Assembly (NCBI RefSeq): GCF_006345805.1
Contig: NC_043009.1
Location: forward strand, 43,772,001 to 43,836,000
Direction: 5' to 3'
DNA: 64,000 bases
Source: Octopus sinensis
Lineage: Eukaryota
Position 1 is the stretch's first letter; every line of letters starts with the position of its first letter. Below the pieces are notes generated by a model. That model did no database searches. It saw nothing but the letters and a program-made list of their open reading frames with translations, and was not told where the DNA came from. Of this stretch, positions 39,316 through 52,774 are shown piece after piece. The position numbers and the translations under genes are program-made.

Positions 39316-40454
39316 AATTATTATTATTATTATATTATTATATTATTATTATTATTATTATATTATTATTATTATTATTATCATTATTATTATTACTATT
39401 ATTATTGAGTGAGAGAGCAGTGCATGCCATCAAAGTGACACTGGTAAATCTTTCTGTATCAGCAGCATACCGTATTATTATTATTATTATAGTTGCGTCT
39501 GAGATACTGCTTGAGTTCATATAGTCACTCACGACCATTCTGCTGTTGTGCTTATTATTTTGCCCATTCTCGTCCATCGCGATCTCTTTACTGTCGTCCA
39601 GGCATCACCACAAAGTTTTTTCTACTTCTCTTATTTTTACCCCTTATTTATACCATTATTTTGAATTTGTCCTTTTGGGTTGAAATCGAACTTTTTTGTT
39701 TCCTCCAAATAATCGCTGTTTCCATTACCATTAGTTTTTTTGCGTCTTAATGAGGATCTCTTTTCTTTCAAAGGTTCTCTGATTTCAAGTACATCTTATT
39801 AAATTACGTTTTATTTCTTCGGTATTTAGCACTTCTTTTTGTTCAATTGTGTCTTTCGTTTTTGATCTCATTAAGGACTGAGAAATATTTTATTCAACTT
39901 TCTTCCTTTTTTTTTTATATCATTCACGATGATTACTTGGGTTTTGATGCTCCTCTGTGAGTAGATCTAAAGGAGAATTCACTTTCTTTTACAACAACCA
40001 CAACTATAGTATTATGTTATTTTGTTTAACCTGGTGCAATTGATGTTCATGTTTGCTCTTATTAATTTTACATTTTTATTGTTGTTGCTACTCCATCGTT
40101 AATTATTATCAATAGGAAGGTCTTCTACTAGTCCATAGGGAGATTTATAATTATAATTTTTTGTTAATTATCCTCACCTTCATATAATTGTCATGTTCAG
40201 AATTTTTACTTTTAAAATGTTCTGTTCTAAAGCCACGCAGATTTACCCTTCACCAGAAACAAATAAGCTGATTTCCACTGAAAACCTCACCAACTTAAAT
40301 AACATTTACTTTTAGCATTCCGTAGATGTTTTATGACTTAATTTTATTGGGATTATTTATTGTGCACGGGATAGAACTCTCTTCGCGGTTTACGTCTTTA
40401 ATATACAATTCTTTTATTGTCGTTATTTAATTTGTTTTTAGTTCTTTGTTTATA

Positions 40455-40860
40455 GGCGTAGGAGTGCCTGTGTGGTAAGTAGCTTGCTTACGAACCACAT
40501 GGTTCCGGGTTCAGTCCCACTGCGTGGCACCTTGGGCAAGTGTCTTCTACTATAGCCTCGGGCCGACCAAAGCCTTGTGAGTGGATTTGGTAGACGGAAA
40601 TTGAAAGAAGCCCATCGTATATATGTATATATGTGTGTGTGTGTGTATGTGTTTGTGTGTCTGTGATTGTCTCCCCAACATCGCTTGAAAACTGACGCTG
40701 GTGTGTTTACGTCCCCGTAACTGAGTGATTCGGCAAAAGAGACCGATAGAATAAGTACTAGGCTTACAAAGAATAAGTCCTGGGGTCGATTTGCTCGACG
40801 AAAGGCGGTGCTCCAGCATGGCCACAGTCACATGACTGAAGCAAGTAAAAGAGTAAAAGA
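40455..40860 (+). mobile_element. SINE family A, full-length copy
   Basis: GTGCCTGTGTGGTAAG (A box), GGTTCAGTCCC (B box), CCTTGGGCAAGTG CORE-like segment, internal TA/TG repeat, (GAGTAAAA)n tail. Confidence 0.92.
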
Positions 40861-41235
40861 ATATTCTTCCTTTTAAATGTCCTATTTCTTATATCTGATA
40901 CCATTTTGCTTCTGGAATTATATTCTAAAACTTAACTACACCTTAGGGGCGCTAAAGTTACTTTTAGATCAGGAATATATTCTTTCAAAATTTTACGCGT
41001 GGATTTGAATAAAGTTTGATTTTAAAGTTGGTGTAGATGTAAATTACGCACCTAGTATAGAAACGTATCCCTATCGCATCTATCTATGCATTTGTTGTTG
41101 TTGTTGTTGTTGTTATATTTGTGACACTTGGTGAATTTCGATGGGTTTTTTTTATTCAGAGTGTCGACATTTTCATCGAGTACCGATACGTTTATGTATT
41201 TGTGAAATATTTTGTGCATTGCAGAACCAGAACTA

Positions 41236-41300
<65 letters not shown>

Positions 41301-42607
41301 CTGCAAACGGTAGAGCACCGACCTGATATCTTTGTGAGGTCTAACCCAGTATCATATTTCTGTCCAGAATTCCTATCCACATAAACTTCAACAATAAAGT
41401 CTTATATGAACCCACAAGGAACATGTGGACCCCGGTTAAGAACCACTGGTCCAACCAAATATACGTGCCTCCCAAAAAATGTGACCTTATGCTTAGAACC
41501 CATTATGATTAGTATCATCGTTATTTTTGTTGACAAACGGTTTATAAGAATGTTTTAGAGATGATAAAATATTTCAAAATAAAATTAGTCATTTTTTGTA
41601 TTTTTTGCATTCCAATTGTTTTTAAAGATTGTCACGTTTTTTTAAATATTTTTTTAAATCTCTATCTGGAATGAAACATGTTTTCTTCTTTCTCTACCCC
41701 CTTTCTCTCTCTCTCTCTCTTTCTATCTATCTATCTTATATTCTAACTCATTTGATATATACATATATGTACTTTCATAGTTATTTCTCTCTTACCGTCT
41801 ATTCCTCTCTCTTTTTCTTTCTTTGTCTCTCTCAGACACACATATACTCCCTTCCACACACACACACACAAACATATTCTAGTCAAGCTCACTTAGTTCC
41901 GGTTAGTAATGCTCTGTAAAGGGTATTTCTTCCGGTCAATAAGCCTTACTTATTAATTTTACCGCAGTTGTGATATTTTTCCTTCTCCGCCAACATTCAT
42001 CGCCACAATTACCATTCTGTTTCTTCCTTTCCTTCCTTACCTCCCCTTCGTCTCTCTTTAATTTTCCACGCCCTCATTTTCTTTCTCTCTCTCTCCCTCT
42101 CTCCCTCACTATTTATCTATCTCTCTAGCTAGCTATCAACCTTTCTATCTTTCAAATCAGTGATTTACTGATTAAGCTCAGGCCAAAACATCATGTTTAT
42201 TCTTGAAATGTTTCAAGTGTAAACATCTTCACATCATCATCGTCGTCGTCGTCGTTATCATCATCATCATCATTATCGTTATTAGTATTACCACCATCAC
42301 CATTGTCATCATCATCACCATTTTCTTCATCATCATCCTCATCATCACCGTCATCATCCTCATCATCATCATTACCCTCATCGTCGTCGCCATCATCATT
42401 ATCATGGTTTTCGACATTTCCACCAATTGCCATCACGCTGCCACCGACACTCCTACCAACACCTCTTCCCCATTTTCTATTTCCTCCTCATAAGTACCCC
42501 TAAAGTTGTCCTCACTAAACAAATAAAGTGTAATACACGTTAATCCCTACTTCGTATTGAGGAAGTTCATTCTACTCGTTTGATACTTTCTGCAACTTTA
42601 ATATGGC

Positions 42608-42829
42608 TACTCTTACTCTTTACTCTTTTACTTGTTTTAGTCATTTGACTGCGGCCATGCTGGAGCACCGCCTTTAGTCGAGCAAATAGACCCCGGGACT
42701 TATTCTTTGTAAGCCCAGTACTATTCTATCGGTCTCTTTTTGCCGAACCGCTAAGTGACGGGGACGTAAACACACCAGCATCGGTTGTCAAGCGATGGTG
42801 GGGGGACAAACACAGACACACAAACATAT

Positions 42830-42860
<31 letters not shown>

Positions 42861-43030
42861 CATATATACGACGGGCTTCTTTCAGTTTCCGTCAACCAAA
42901 TCCACTCACGAGGCATTGGTCGGCCCGAGGCTATAGCAGAAGACACTTGCCCAAGATGCCACGCAGTGGGACTGAACCCGGAGCCATGTGGTTGGTAAGC
43001 AAGCTACTTACCACACAGCCACTCCTGCGC
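42608..43030 (-). mobile_element. SINE family A, full-length copy
   Basis: Reverse complement matches 40455-40860. Confidence 0.92.
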
Positions 43031-43064
43031 TACTGGATAATAATTAATAAACAACTGAAAGAAA

Positions 43065-44630
43065 TTATTTCAAATTTTGGCACAAGGCCAGCAAGTTTGA
43101 GGAAAGTGTGTAAGTCGACTACATCGACCCCATTGTTTAACTGGTACTTATTTCATCGACCTCGAAATGATAAAAGGCAAAGTCGACCTAGGCGGAATTT
43201 GAACTCGGAACTTAAGGACGGACGAAATACAGCTAAGCATTTAACCAGGCGTGCTAAAGATTCTGTCAGCTAGCCGCCTTGATAATAATGATTTTAAATT
43301 TTTGCACAAGGCCAGCAGATTTGGGGGTGGAGCTAAGTCGATTACATTTGATCCCAGTATTTCATTGGCAAGCCGGGCACAACGCTTAGCGGTATTTCGT
43401 CCGTCTTTACGTTCCGAATTTCAAATTCCTCCGAGGTCGACTTTGCTTTTCGTCCCTTCGAGGCCAATATAATAAGTACCACCCAAATAAGGGAGTCGAT
43501 GTAATCGACTAGCAGCAAAACCACTATCACCACCACCATCATCCTCAGAAACTGCTGGCCTTGTGCCAAATTTTGAAACCATTATTGCTTAAGCTTTGAG
43601 TAAGGTGGCGTGCTGGCAGAACTGTTACCGAGCATTGGACAAAATGTTTAGCGACATTTCGTCCGTTTTTACGCTCTGAGTTCAAATTTCGCCACGGTCA
43701 ACTTTACCTTTCATCCTTCCGGTATTCGATAAAATAAGTACCAGTCAGCTACTGAGGCTAATGTATTCGACTAACCCCCGCCCATCCAAGAATGTCAGGT
43801 CTTTTGAACCAAGTAGAAAGAATTATTAAGGCGGTGAGCTGGCAGCATCATTAGAACGCTTTTTTTTCTCTAGTTTCAGCTCAGAGCAGCGGCCATGCTG
43901 ATGCACTGCCGTTAAAAATGTAAACACAGGAAAAATACCTATTTCTTTACTACCCACAAGGGGCTAAACACAGAAAGGACAAACAAGGACAGACTAACGG
44001 ATTAAGTCGATTATATCGACCCCAGTGCGTAACTGGTACTTATGGATGAAAGGCAAAGTCGACCTCGGCGGAATTTGAACTCAGAATGTAGTGGCAGACG
44101 AAATACTGCTAAGCATTTCGCCCGGCATGCCAACGATTCTGCCAGCTCGTCGTCTTGGACGTTGCACAAAATACGTAGCGGTTTATCTTACAGCTTTCTG
44201 TGTTCTGAGTTCAAATGCTTTTTATCCCTTCGAGTTCGATAAAAAAAAGTACCAGTTGAGTACTGGAGTCGATGTAATCGACTTACTCATTCTCCCTCCA
44301 AATTGCTGATTTTGTGCCAAAATTAGGAAGGCAAAATAGACTCCGGCGGAATTTGAACTCGGAACGTAAAGACGCTAAGCATTTTGCGCTGCGAGCTAAC
44401 GATTCTGTGGCGGCGAGTTGAAAAGAATTGTCAGCAGGTCAAGCGGAACGTTTAAGGTTATTTCGTCCGTCTTTACGTTCTGAGTTTAAATTCCGTCGGG
44501 ATCGACTTTGCCTTTCATCCTTTCGGGGTCGATAAAATAAGTACCAGTTGAGCACTGGGGTCGATGTAATCAACTTACTCAAAATTTCTGGCCTTATGCC
44601 AAAATTTGAAACCATTATTATTATTATTAT
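43065..44630. mobile_element. Dense cluster of SINE family B copies in both orientations
   Basis: Cores at about 43170 (-), 43440 (+), 43700 (+), 44060 (-), 44230 (+), 44345 (-) and 44510 (+). Confidence 0.88.
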
Positions 44631-45070
44631 TATTCCTATTATTGTTATCAACTTAGTATATTCTAAAATTCCTCTCCACAGAGAATTGGAAGAATATTGT
44701 GCGTCTCTGATTGAAAAGACCATTCTCTACACACACTTATCTCTCCCACCCCTTCTTTCTCTCTCACTCTCTCCATTTCTAACACCTCCTCCTTTCACTT
44801 AGCCTTTCCCCACCCACTTCTTATCTCTTTATCTCTCTATCTTTGCGGATCTATCTGAAATGATAAAGAATTGTGCTCTAAACAAACCATTCTGTTTATC
44901 AATGCCGTTAAACTCAAAGAATGAGGATTTTGTTTAATTCAGTCAAGCGTGACTCGCTTTGCACTAGAAACATATCCACAGAGTCACATTTGGTAAAAGT
45001 ATGAAAAGATCATTATTACGATTATCATTACTATAACCATTATTATTATTGCTGTTCTTGTTCTTGTTGC

Positions 45071-45125
<55 letters not shown>

Positions 45126-45913
45126 GTTTCGTTGTTGTTCTTTGTTGTATAAATTTATATTCTATTTTATGTCTTTGTCTTTTATCAGACTGTTTGCTCA
45201 TTATCGGGTGAGGAAGAATTATGGCTTCAAAATGACCTTATTGAGGTTTGGAGGTTGGGGGTTGGGGTTGGGGTTGGATGTGGGGGGGGGTTAGAGTTAG
45301 GGACTGAAGTGTGTATGGTTGTGGTGGTGGTGGTGGTGGTGGTGGTGTTGGTGGTGGTGGTTTTGAAGTTTAGGTGTGACAATGAGTGTTGTTACAGCAA
45401 TGATAATAAGGAAACGACCGGTGCTGAGGACAACAATTAACTGCCGAAAATAAATGGCATCAAAGATAAAAGGTAAAAGTTTATGGAAGCACACAGAATA
45501 CCGTAATGGTAATGAAACAGCTACGTAAATACATATACTTCGCGCATACACACACACACACACATATATATATATACACACATATGTGCGTATACAAAAG
45601 CATATACACATACACGCACATACTTACAAACAAACGATCTTCGCTCTATCTTTCGCTATCTCTCGGTTTGTCTCTGTTTTTACATATGTCTGTGTGTGTA
45701 TACACATACACACACAGATATATTATAATGTATATGCAATGTATATGGTAAATATAATTTATATATATATATATATGAAGTTGCGTGTGTGTATCATAAT
45801 ATATATATATAAATGATACATACGTATAATTATAGTTATATTCATATATATGAGTGGTACATGACCACACTTCTGTAAATAAATATGAACATACCAATAG
45901 ATTGCTATGCATA

Positions 45914-45979
<66 letters not shown>

Positions 45980-46049
45980 GGTGTAGATATACATACAGAC
46001 AGATTGATAAATAGAGAGATGATAGATAAGTAGATAGATAGATAATTAA

Positions 46050-46115
<66 letters not shown>

Positions 46116-46901
46116 TGAGGGTAAAACCTGACGCGCCCCACCATCGCCACCACTACTGCGGCGACTACTACTACTATTACTACAACTACTACTACTACTA
46201 ATAATAATAATACTAATGATAATAATACTAGAAAGAGACATCTGGCGAGACTAATGGATGATGGACAGGGCGTTAGATTGTCTGTGGGAGGAGGAGAAGG
46301 AGAAGAAGGAAGAGAATGAAGATTTTAGAAAATGGCGGCTGGCGAGTGGTGTGTTGGAGTAGGGGTGGGAGAGGACATAGATAAGCATTGTTTGTTTTAT
46401 CATAAGAATAAGATGAAGACGAGAGGGAGAGAGTGAGAGATGGCATATAGAATGTTCTCAGTTATACCTTATTATAAGAAGTTCTAACGCTCTACTGACC
46501 GAAATACACAACCAAGTACACTTGCCGATAAGAACTCACTCCCCAAAGAAACTAGAGACAATGTCAGAACAGGGCTGGGTCGGTGGATGGAGTGGGGAGT
46601 ATAGAAAGGAAGAAAGGAAGAAAAACTACCCTTCAAATAATTCACCAGTATTTATTTGTTTGTTTGTATGTTTTGTTGGGGAGTATGTTGTTGTTTTTTT
46701 ATTTGATTGGATTTTGTTAGCCTTCTTTGAGTGACGTTTTTGTTTCAGAGGAGATATGTTTTAGAATGAAGCAATAAAAACATAAATAAAAGAAAAGGAA
46801 AGGAAACCCCTACCGAATCGAAGATACAGTTATCTAAATAAGGACCTCAAACTGTGACCCCTAACAACAGAAATAATAACAACAACAAAAACAACAGCAA
46901 C

Positions 46902-46932
<31 letters not shown>

Positions 46933-47354
46933 TAGTAGTAGTAGTAGTAGTAGTAGTAGCAGCAGTAGCAGCAGCAATAACAGTAACAATATTATCACCA
47001 GCCACGAACCACCACTACTTCTACGTACACGACAGTTTCCTCTGTCACCTCCAACACTACCCCCACCATCATTACCAAACGATGACCTCACTAAGGTCAT
47101 TTGGCCGCCACAATCCAGCAGGAGAGTGTGCCACAAAGAGGTTGCTTGACACAATAGATATAGCAACCAAGTCTCAACTTAAGTTAAATCCTATAATTTA
47201 TGGGGCGCACGTAGAATAGCAAGATTTCGAATCATTAACGTATCTGTTAATCTGTTTGGTAGACATTTGCACACATCAGTAAATAACGTGTTTCCTGTAA
47301 ACAAAAGCTCCTGTTTTTGTGAGATTCATCGGTCCGGCAGTGGGGATTGTTTCT

Positions 47355-47410
47355 GAGCTTCTGATGAGACATACAACGAGGTTGAAACACTGCGCTGTGC
47401 CTTAAATCCG
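47355..47410 (+). ncRNA. Degenerate hammerhead of the same family as 28919-28969
   Basis: CTGATGA-GACA-TACAACGA-GGTT-GAAA-CACTGCGCTGTG-CC: canonical core, but helix I and the cleavage triplet are decayed. Confidence 0.5.
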
Positions 47411-47421
47411 TGTATCCATAA

Positions 47422-47791
47422 ACCTATTTCTTTACTACCCACAAGGGTCTAAACATAGAGAGGACAAACAAGGACAGAGAAACGGATTAAGTCGATTATA
47501 TCCGAAAGGATGAAAGGCAAAGTCGACCTTGACGGAATTTGAACTCAGAACGTAACGGCAGACGAAATACCTATTTCTTTATTACCCACAAGGGGCTAAA
47601 CATAGAGGGACAAACAAGGACAGACATAGGTATTAAGTCGATTACATCGACCCCAGTGCGTAACTGGTACTTAATTTATCGACCGCGAAAGGATGAAAGG
47701 CAAAGTCGACCTCGGCGGAATTTGAACTCAGAACGTAACGGCAGACGAAATACCGCTAAGCATTTCGTCTGGCGCGCTAACGTTTCTGCCA
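47422..47791 (-). mobile_element. SINE family B head-to-tail dimer
   Basis: Junction GAAATACCTATTTC at about 47564-47577. Confidence 0.9.
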
Positions 47792-47949
47792 GTGCATGCA
47801 TAAACCATCGCTCAATGGGAGGAATCGTTCTCTGACGCCGAAAAACAACAGCGATCCTACCAAAACTTAAATAAAAACAACATCACTAAGCACTTACCCA
47901 CATTAATAAGCACAATAACAATAATAAACAGTAAGATATGAGTAAACGA

Positions 47950-48165
47950 AGGAGCCTCCGAGTAGTGACATGATATGCTAGAACTACCAGTCAAATGTCC
48001 CTCAAATCATGCATTACTGTCTTACAAAAAAGGGAAGGATACATTGAAAATGCAGTCTTACGTACAACTATGCTCTCTACCTCACTCACAACACAAATTT
48101 GATGGTCGTGCTTGGACCGCCTTTGATCATAGATCTCTTTGGTCAATGTTGACCTTGGGCGACAC
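47950..48165 (+). repeat. Repeat family D copy
   Basis: ATGCTAGAACTACCAGTCAAATGTCCCTCAAATCA...GCCTTTGATCATAGA. Confidence 0.7.
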
Positions 48166-48602
48166 AACTGACTATATACTGCAACACCAACAGCAACTAC
48201 AGCCAGCTAGGACCACTGCCACTACTACAGTAACCACAATAACAACGAAAGCTACAGTACCAGCTTTAACAACAGTAGCAGCAACAGCAACAACAAGATT
48301 GACAAAAACAAATCAACCAGTTGCTCCTCCTCTTCTTCCTCTCCTTCCTCCTCCTCCTCCTCCTCTCCTACTCTTCCTTCTCCTCCTTTTCCTCCTCCTC
48401 TTCCTCCTTCTCATCCCCTTCTTCCTCCTCTTCCTTCTCCTCTTCTTCTTCTTCTTCTTCCTCCTCCTCTCCTACTCTTCCTCCTCCTCCTCATCCCCTT
48501 CTTCTTCCTCCTCTTCCTTCTCCTCCCCTTCTTCTTCTCTTCCTCCTCATCCCCTTCCTCCTCTTCTTCTTCCTCCTCCTCATCCCCTTCCTCCTCCTCC
48601 TC

Positions 48603-48639
<37 letters not shown>

Positions 48640-49209
48640 AGTAGCAGCAATGACAACAGCAAAACAGTGAAATCTGAGGAGATAGTCTATTGATAAATGA
48701 AACCCCTTAAAAGAAACAAAAACAATTGTTACAAAGTCAGGAAGTCCCTTTATTTATAGGAAAGGGACTAAATGAGAATTTGTGGCATTTATGGCCCTCC
48801 TTTTAGAAGTATAGAGACAAACAACGAGGAAGATGCTTGGCGGAGATGTGGAACCATTAATGGGGAGGGACGACGGTGGTGGTGGTGGTGGTGGTGGTGG
48901 AGATGACAATAATCATCATCATCATTATCCTCGTGGTGATTGTAGAATCGGTGGCGGCGATGGTGGCGGTGGTGGTGGTGAAGGTAGTGATGATGATCAT
49001 GATCATGACGACAATTATTATGGTAATCATGGAGTAGTGGTAATAGTGGTGGAGGTGGTGGTATTGGTGGTAGCGGTGGCGATTATAATGGTGGTGGTGA
49101 TGGCATTAATTATGATAATGATGATGATCATCATCATGATGACTGTGGTGGTGGGGATGTGGCGGTGGTGGTTTTGGTGGGGATACTGATCATGATGATA
49201 ATAATGGTG

Positions 49210-49595
49210 GGTACTTTTTGGTTATCTCACCCCCATTAAAAATTTGGCTTATCTCCCCCAACTAAAAAAAATTGCTTAACCCCCAATAAAACAAGAAAAA
49301 CTGAAAAAATTAATGAACATGATAACTGAAAAAATTAAATGAATCTAATAACATTTTTATAACAAATCATACCATGCCTATTGAGGGGGTCAAACGTCAA
49401 CAATGTGTTGAAGTATTGAATCAAAAGGGTCTAACGCTTTTAATCCAGTCTCTTGTCGCCACATAAAATCAACTTTTTAGTGAGGAGATTAACCCAATTT
49501 TTAATGGCATTTTTTAATGGCGATTTTAATAGCAATTTTAATGTCAATTTTCAAAGGCAATTTTTTTAATGGGGATCAGTTAACCCAAAAGTACC
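49210..49595. mobile_element. Merlin-type MITE
   Basis: Imperfect TIRs of about 37 bp starting GGTACTTTT; 8-bp TSD TAATGGTG (49202-49209) versus TAATGATG (49596-49603). GG-starting TIRs with an 8-bp TSD fit Merlin. Confidence 0.78.
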
Positions 49596-49739
49596 TAATG
49601 ATGGATTTAAATAATTAAGTCTTAACGACAGCATTTATCAGTGCTGGAAGGGAACCATCGACGTGATCGACGAGTGATCCAATAACTTAGCGAATTGGTT
49701 AACAGACCTTTTTTTTTTATTTGTTTGTTTATTTTTTTA

Positions 49740-49982
49740 TTCGACTGCGGCCATGCTGGGGCACCGGCTTGAAGAATTTTTAGTTGAATGGATCGATCAC
49801 TGTACTTATATTTTTTTTTAAACACTTGGTACTTATTCTATCGGTGTCCTTTTGCCGAACTGCTAGTTTATAGGGATAGAAGCACATCAAAACCAGTTGC
49901 AAGGCAGTGGTGTTAGACAAACACAGATAGAAAGACAGACTCACTCACGCACTCACACACACGCATACACACACACACACAC

Positions 49983-50030
<48 letters not shown>

Positions 50031-50858
50031 TATAAGGATATTACTGTTAATAATTTACAGTAATATCACTAGCTAGCATGCGTAAAAGAAGCATAAAGGC
50101 AAAATTATCAATTAATAATGAAGGGTACTATTTGTAGGACCAGCATGCTAAAGATAGCAGTCAAAATGACACAAAACAGCAGTTTTCACTTGTACACAAG
50201 AGTGAAATCAACGGGCCACAAACGTAGTTTTAAGTCGTTTTGACTGCTATCTTTAGCACGCTGATAATACTTCTGTTTGCTGTTTACACACCCGTCTTCG
50301 TCTTTTGTTTTGTTTTGTCTTTTTTTTTGTAAATTCTCACTATACAAACACACATACACATACGTATATGACGGGCTTCCTTCTGTTTACGTCTACCAAA
50401 TCCACTCAAGGCTTTGGTCGGCCCAAGGCTACAGAAGAAGAGGTGCCATGCAGTGGGACTGAACCCGGAACTATGCGGTTGGGAAAGCAAGCTTCTGGTT
50501 AAAGGACATTAACAACTAATTAAGATTAAGAGATGGTTTGCAAATATCTTTTATCTTTTACTTGATTCAGTTTTTTTGTAAGTCTGGTACTTATTCTAAC
50601 GGTTTCTTTTGTCGTACCGCTAAGTTATGGGGACGTAAACACACCAACACTGGTTGCGTATGTTTATATGTCTATATGTTTATGTGAGTGTGTCTTTATG
50701 TCTGTGTTTATCCACCGCTAGCGCTTGACAACCGGTGTTGGTGTGTTCACGTCCCCGTGCATTCAGTGCACCTAGTATGACTTTATGTCCGTTTGTTTAT
50801 TACTATATGTGCTTGACTGCTGAAATATATATATAGACAGACAGACAGACAGACAGAC

Positions 50859-50912
<54 letters not shown>

Positions 50913-50918
50913 GCAGGC

Positions 50919-50997
<79 letters not shown>

Positions 50998-51130
50998 CAG
51001 ACATACGACGGGCTTCTTTCAGTTTCACCTCCAAATCCGCTTTCAAGGTTTTGGTTGACCCGAGGCTACAGCGGGGAACACATGCCCAAGGTGTCATGCG
51101 ATGGGACTTGTTTAACAAGCAGTTAAGGGA
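49740..51130. mobile_element. Fragmented, nested SINE family A copies
   Basis: Tail at 49740-49930, head at 50367-50500, and further pieces at 50550-50760 and 51003-51130. Confidence 0.75.
50141..50263. mobile_element. Short foldback (MITE-like) element
   Basis: 30-bp arms 50141-50170 and 50234-50263 match at 28 of 30 positions as inverted repeats. Confidence 0.75.
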
Positions 51131-51289
51131 CATTAGTAATTGGTTAACCGATTGCTAAAACATAGCCGTCACTCGCAAGTGTGTGTAACCAAATAAGTAT
51201 GTACCAAGCTATCGCTAATCTTTTTATGTGCCTACTATGTTATAGTCGTGTGTTGAGGTAGATACCCTCTTTGCCCTTTCAACCTTGTT

Positions 51290-51320
<31 letters not shown>

Positions 51321-51353
51321 CGGCGGCGGTGGTGGTGGTGATGGTGATGGAAA

Positions 51354-51394
<41 letters not shown>

Positions 51395-51777
51395 ATGTTG
51401 GTGGCGTCGCCGGCGGAGTTATGATGACAGGAATACAGAAAATCTTAATAACGTATCAACAAGTATCACGAAGAACAAAAAACGAGGAACAGCAACAGCA
51501 ACAATAACAACAAATACAACGAATTAAACTGTAACATCGACAAGAAAAACTATCACAGAAAATAAAAAGAGGAGGAGGAGGAGGAGGAGAAGGAGGAAAA
51601 GAATTTGAAGAAGAATTAGACGATGGAACTGACGATGATGATGATGATGATGATGACGACGACGACGATGATGATGACGATGATGATGATGATGATGATG
51701 AAGAAGAAGAAGGAAGAAGAAGAAGAAGAAGAGAAAGAAGAAGAAGAAGAAGAAGAAGAAGAATTAAAGGATGGTAT

Positions 51778-51847
<70 letters not shown>

Positions 51848-52119
51848 AACGGAGTACGAAGAGAAGAGAAGAGAGTGAGGAATCGCTCTTACTGCAAGTT
51901 TACAATAGTCATCACTCAATGAAGATTTCGTATAATTTCATTACCTAGTTTATTGGCTTCCTTCCTTCCTTCTTTCTTTCTTTCCTCCCTTCCTTCCTTC
52001 CTTTCTTTCTTTCTTTCTTTCTTCACTTCTTCGTATCACACGTTTTTTTTTTTCTTCTTGTTTCTTCATCTTGTGTTTTCTTACTACATTACCCACCAAC
52101 TCTCACCTCCGCCTCTTTC

Positions 52120-52260
52120 CCTCTCTGTCTCTCCCCTCTCTCTATCTCTCCCCCTCTCTATCTCTCCCTCTCTCTATCTCTCCCCCTCTCTATCTCTCCC
52201 CCTCTCTATCTCTCCCCCTCTCTATCTCTCCCCCTCTCTATCTCTCCCCCTCTCTGTCTC
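52120..52260. repeat. ~16-bp CT-rich minisatellite (TCTCTATCTCTCCCCC)
   Basis: Directly visible. Confidence 0.9.
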
Positions 52261-52644
52261 TCTTCATATATGTCTCTGTCACTTTCTCCTGGTTTCCTTC
52301 TTTCATTCTCTCATTCCTCTCCTTTCGCCATCTTCAGAAATCTCTGACGATCTTCCATTCTCCTCAGACATTGTTTCCAATTCTTATCTCTCTTCACTCC
52401 AACATTCCATTTTAACTTTTTATTTTTACCTTTTTAACTTTAATTTTATCTATTATATGTATGTTTGTGAACGTGAGTTTGTGTGTGTGTGCATGTGTGT
52501 GCGCGCGCGTGTATGCGTGCGTGTGTGTGTGTGAGAGAGAGAGAGAAAGAGAGAAAGGGTGTGTATGTGTATATTTTCTTTTCAATTATCATCTGAAACA
52601 ACAAAGAATATCCACAGTGAATTAGCATACAACAGAAACAGGGT

Positions 52645-52684
<40 letters not shown>

Positions 52685-52732
52685 GCAACAACAACAACAA
52701 CAACAACAATAGCAATAATAATGATAATAATA

Positions 52733-52770
<38 letters not shown>

Positions 52771-52774
52771 GTAA

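Noticed and set aside
39490-40100. Additional very old R4/Dong fragment
   Set aside because: Only faint resemblance to 54000-54140; a reading frame could not be reconstructed.
41400-41450. hAT MITE end GGTTAAGAACCACTG, and a piggyBac-like end at 16160-16230
   Set aside because: Only one terminus is visible in each case, with no partner TIR or TSD.
46325-46345. YY1-like AAAATGGCGG promoter motif
   Set aside because: Isolated short match with no supporting gene structure.
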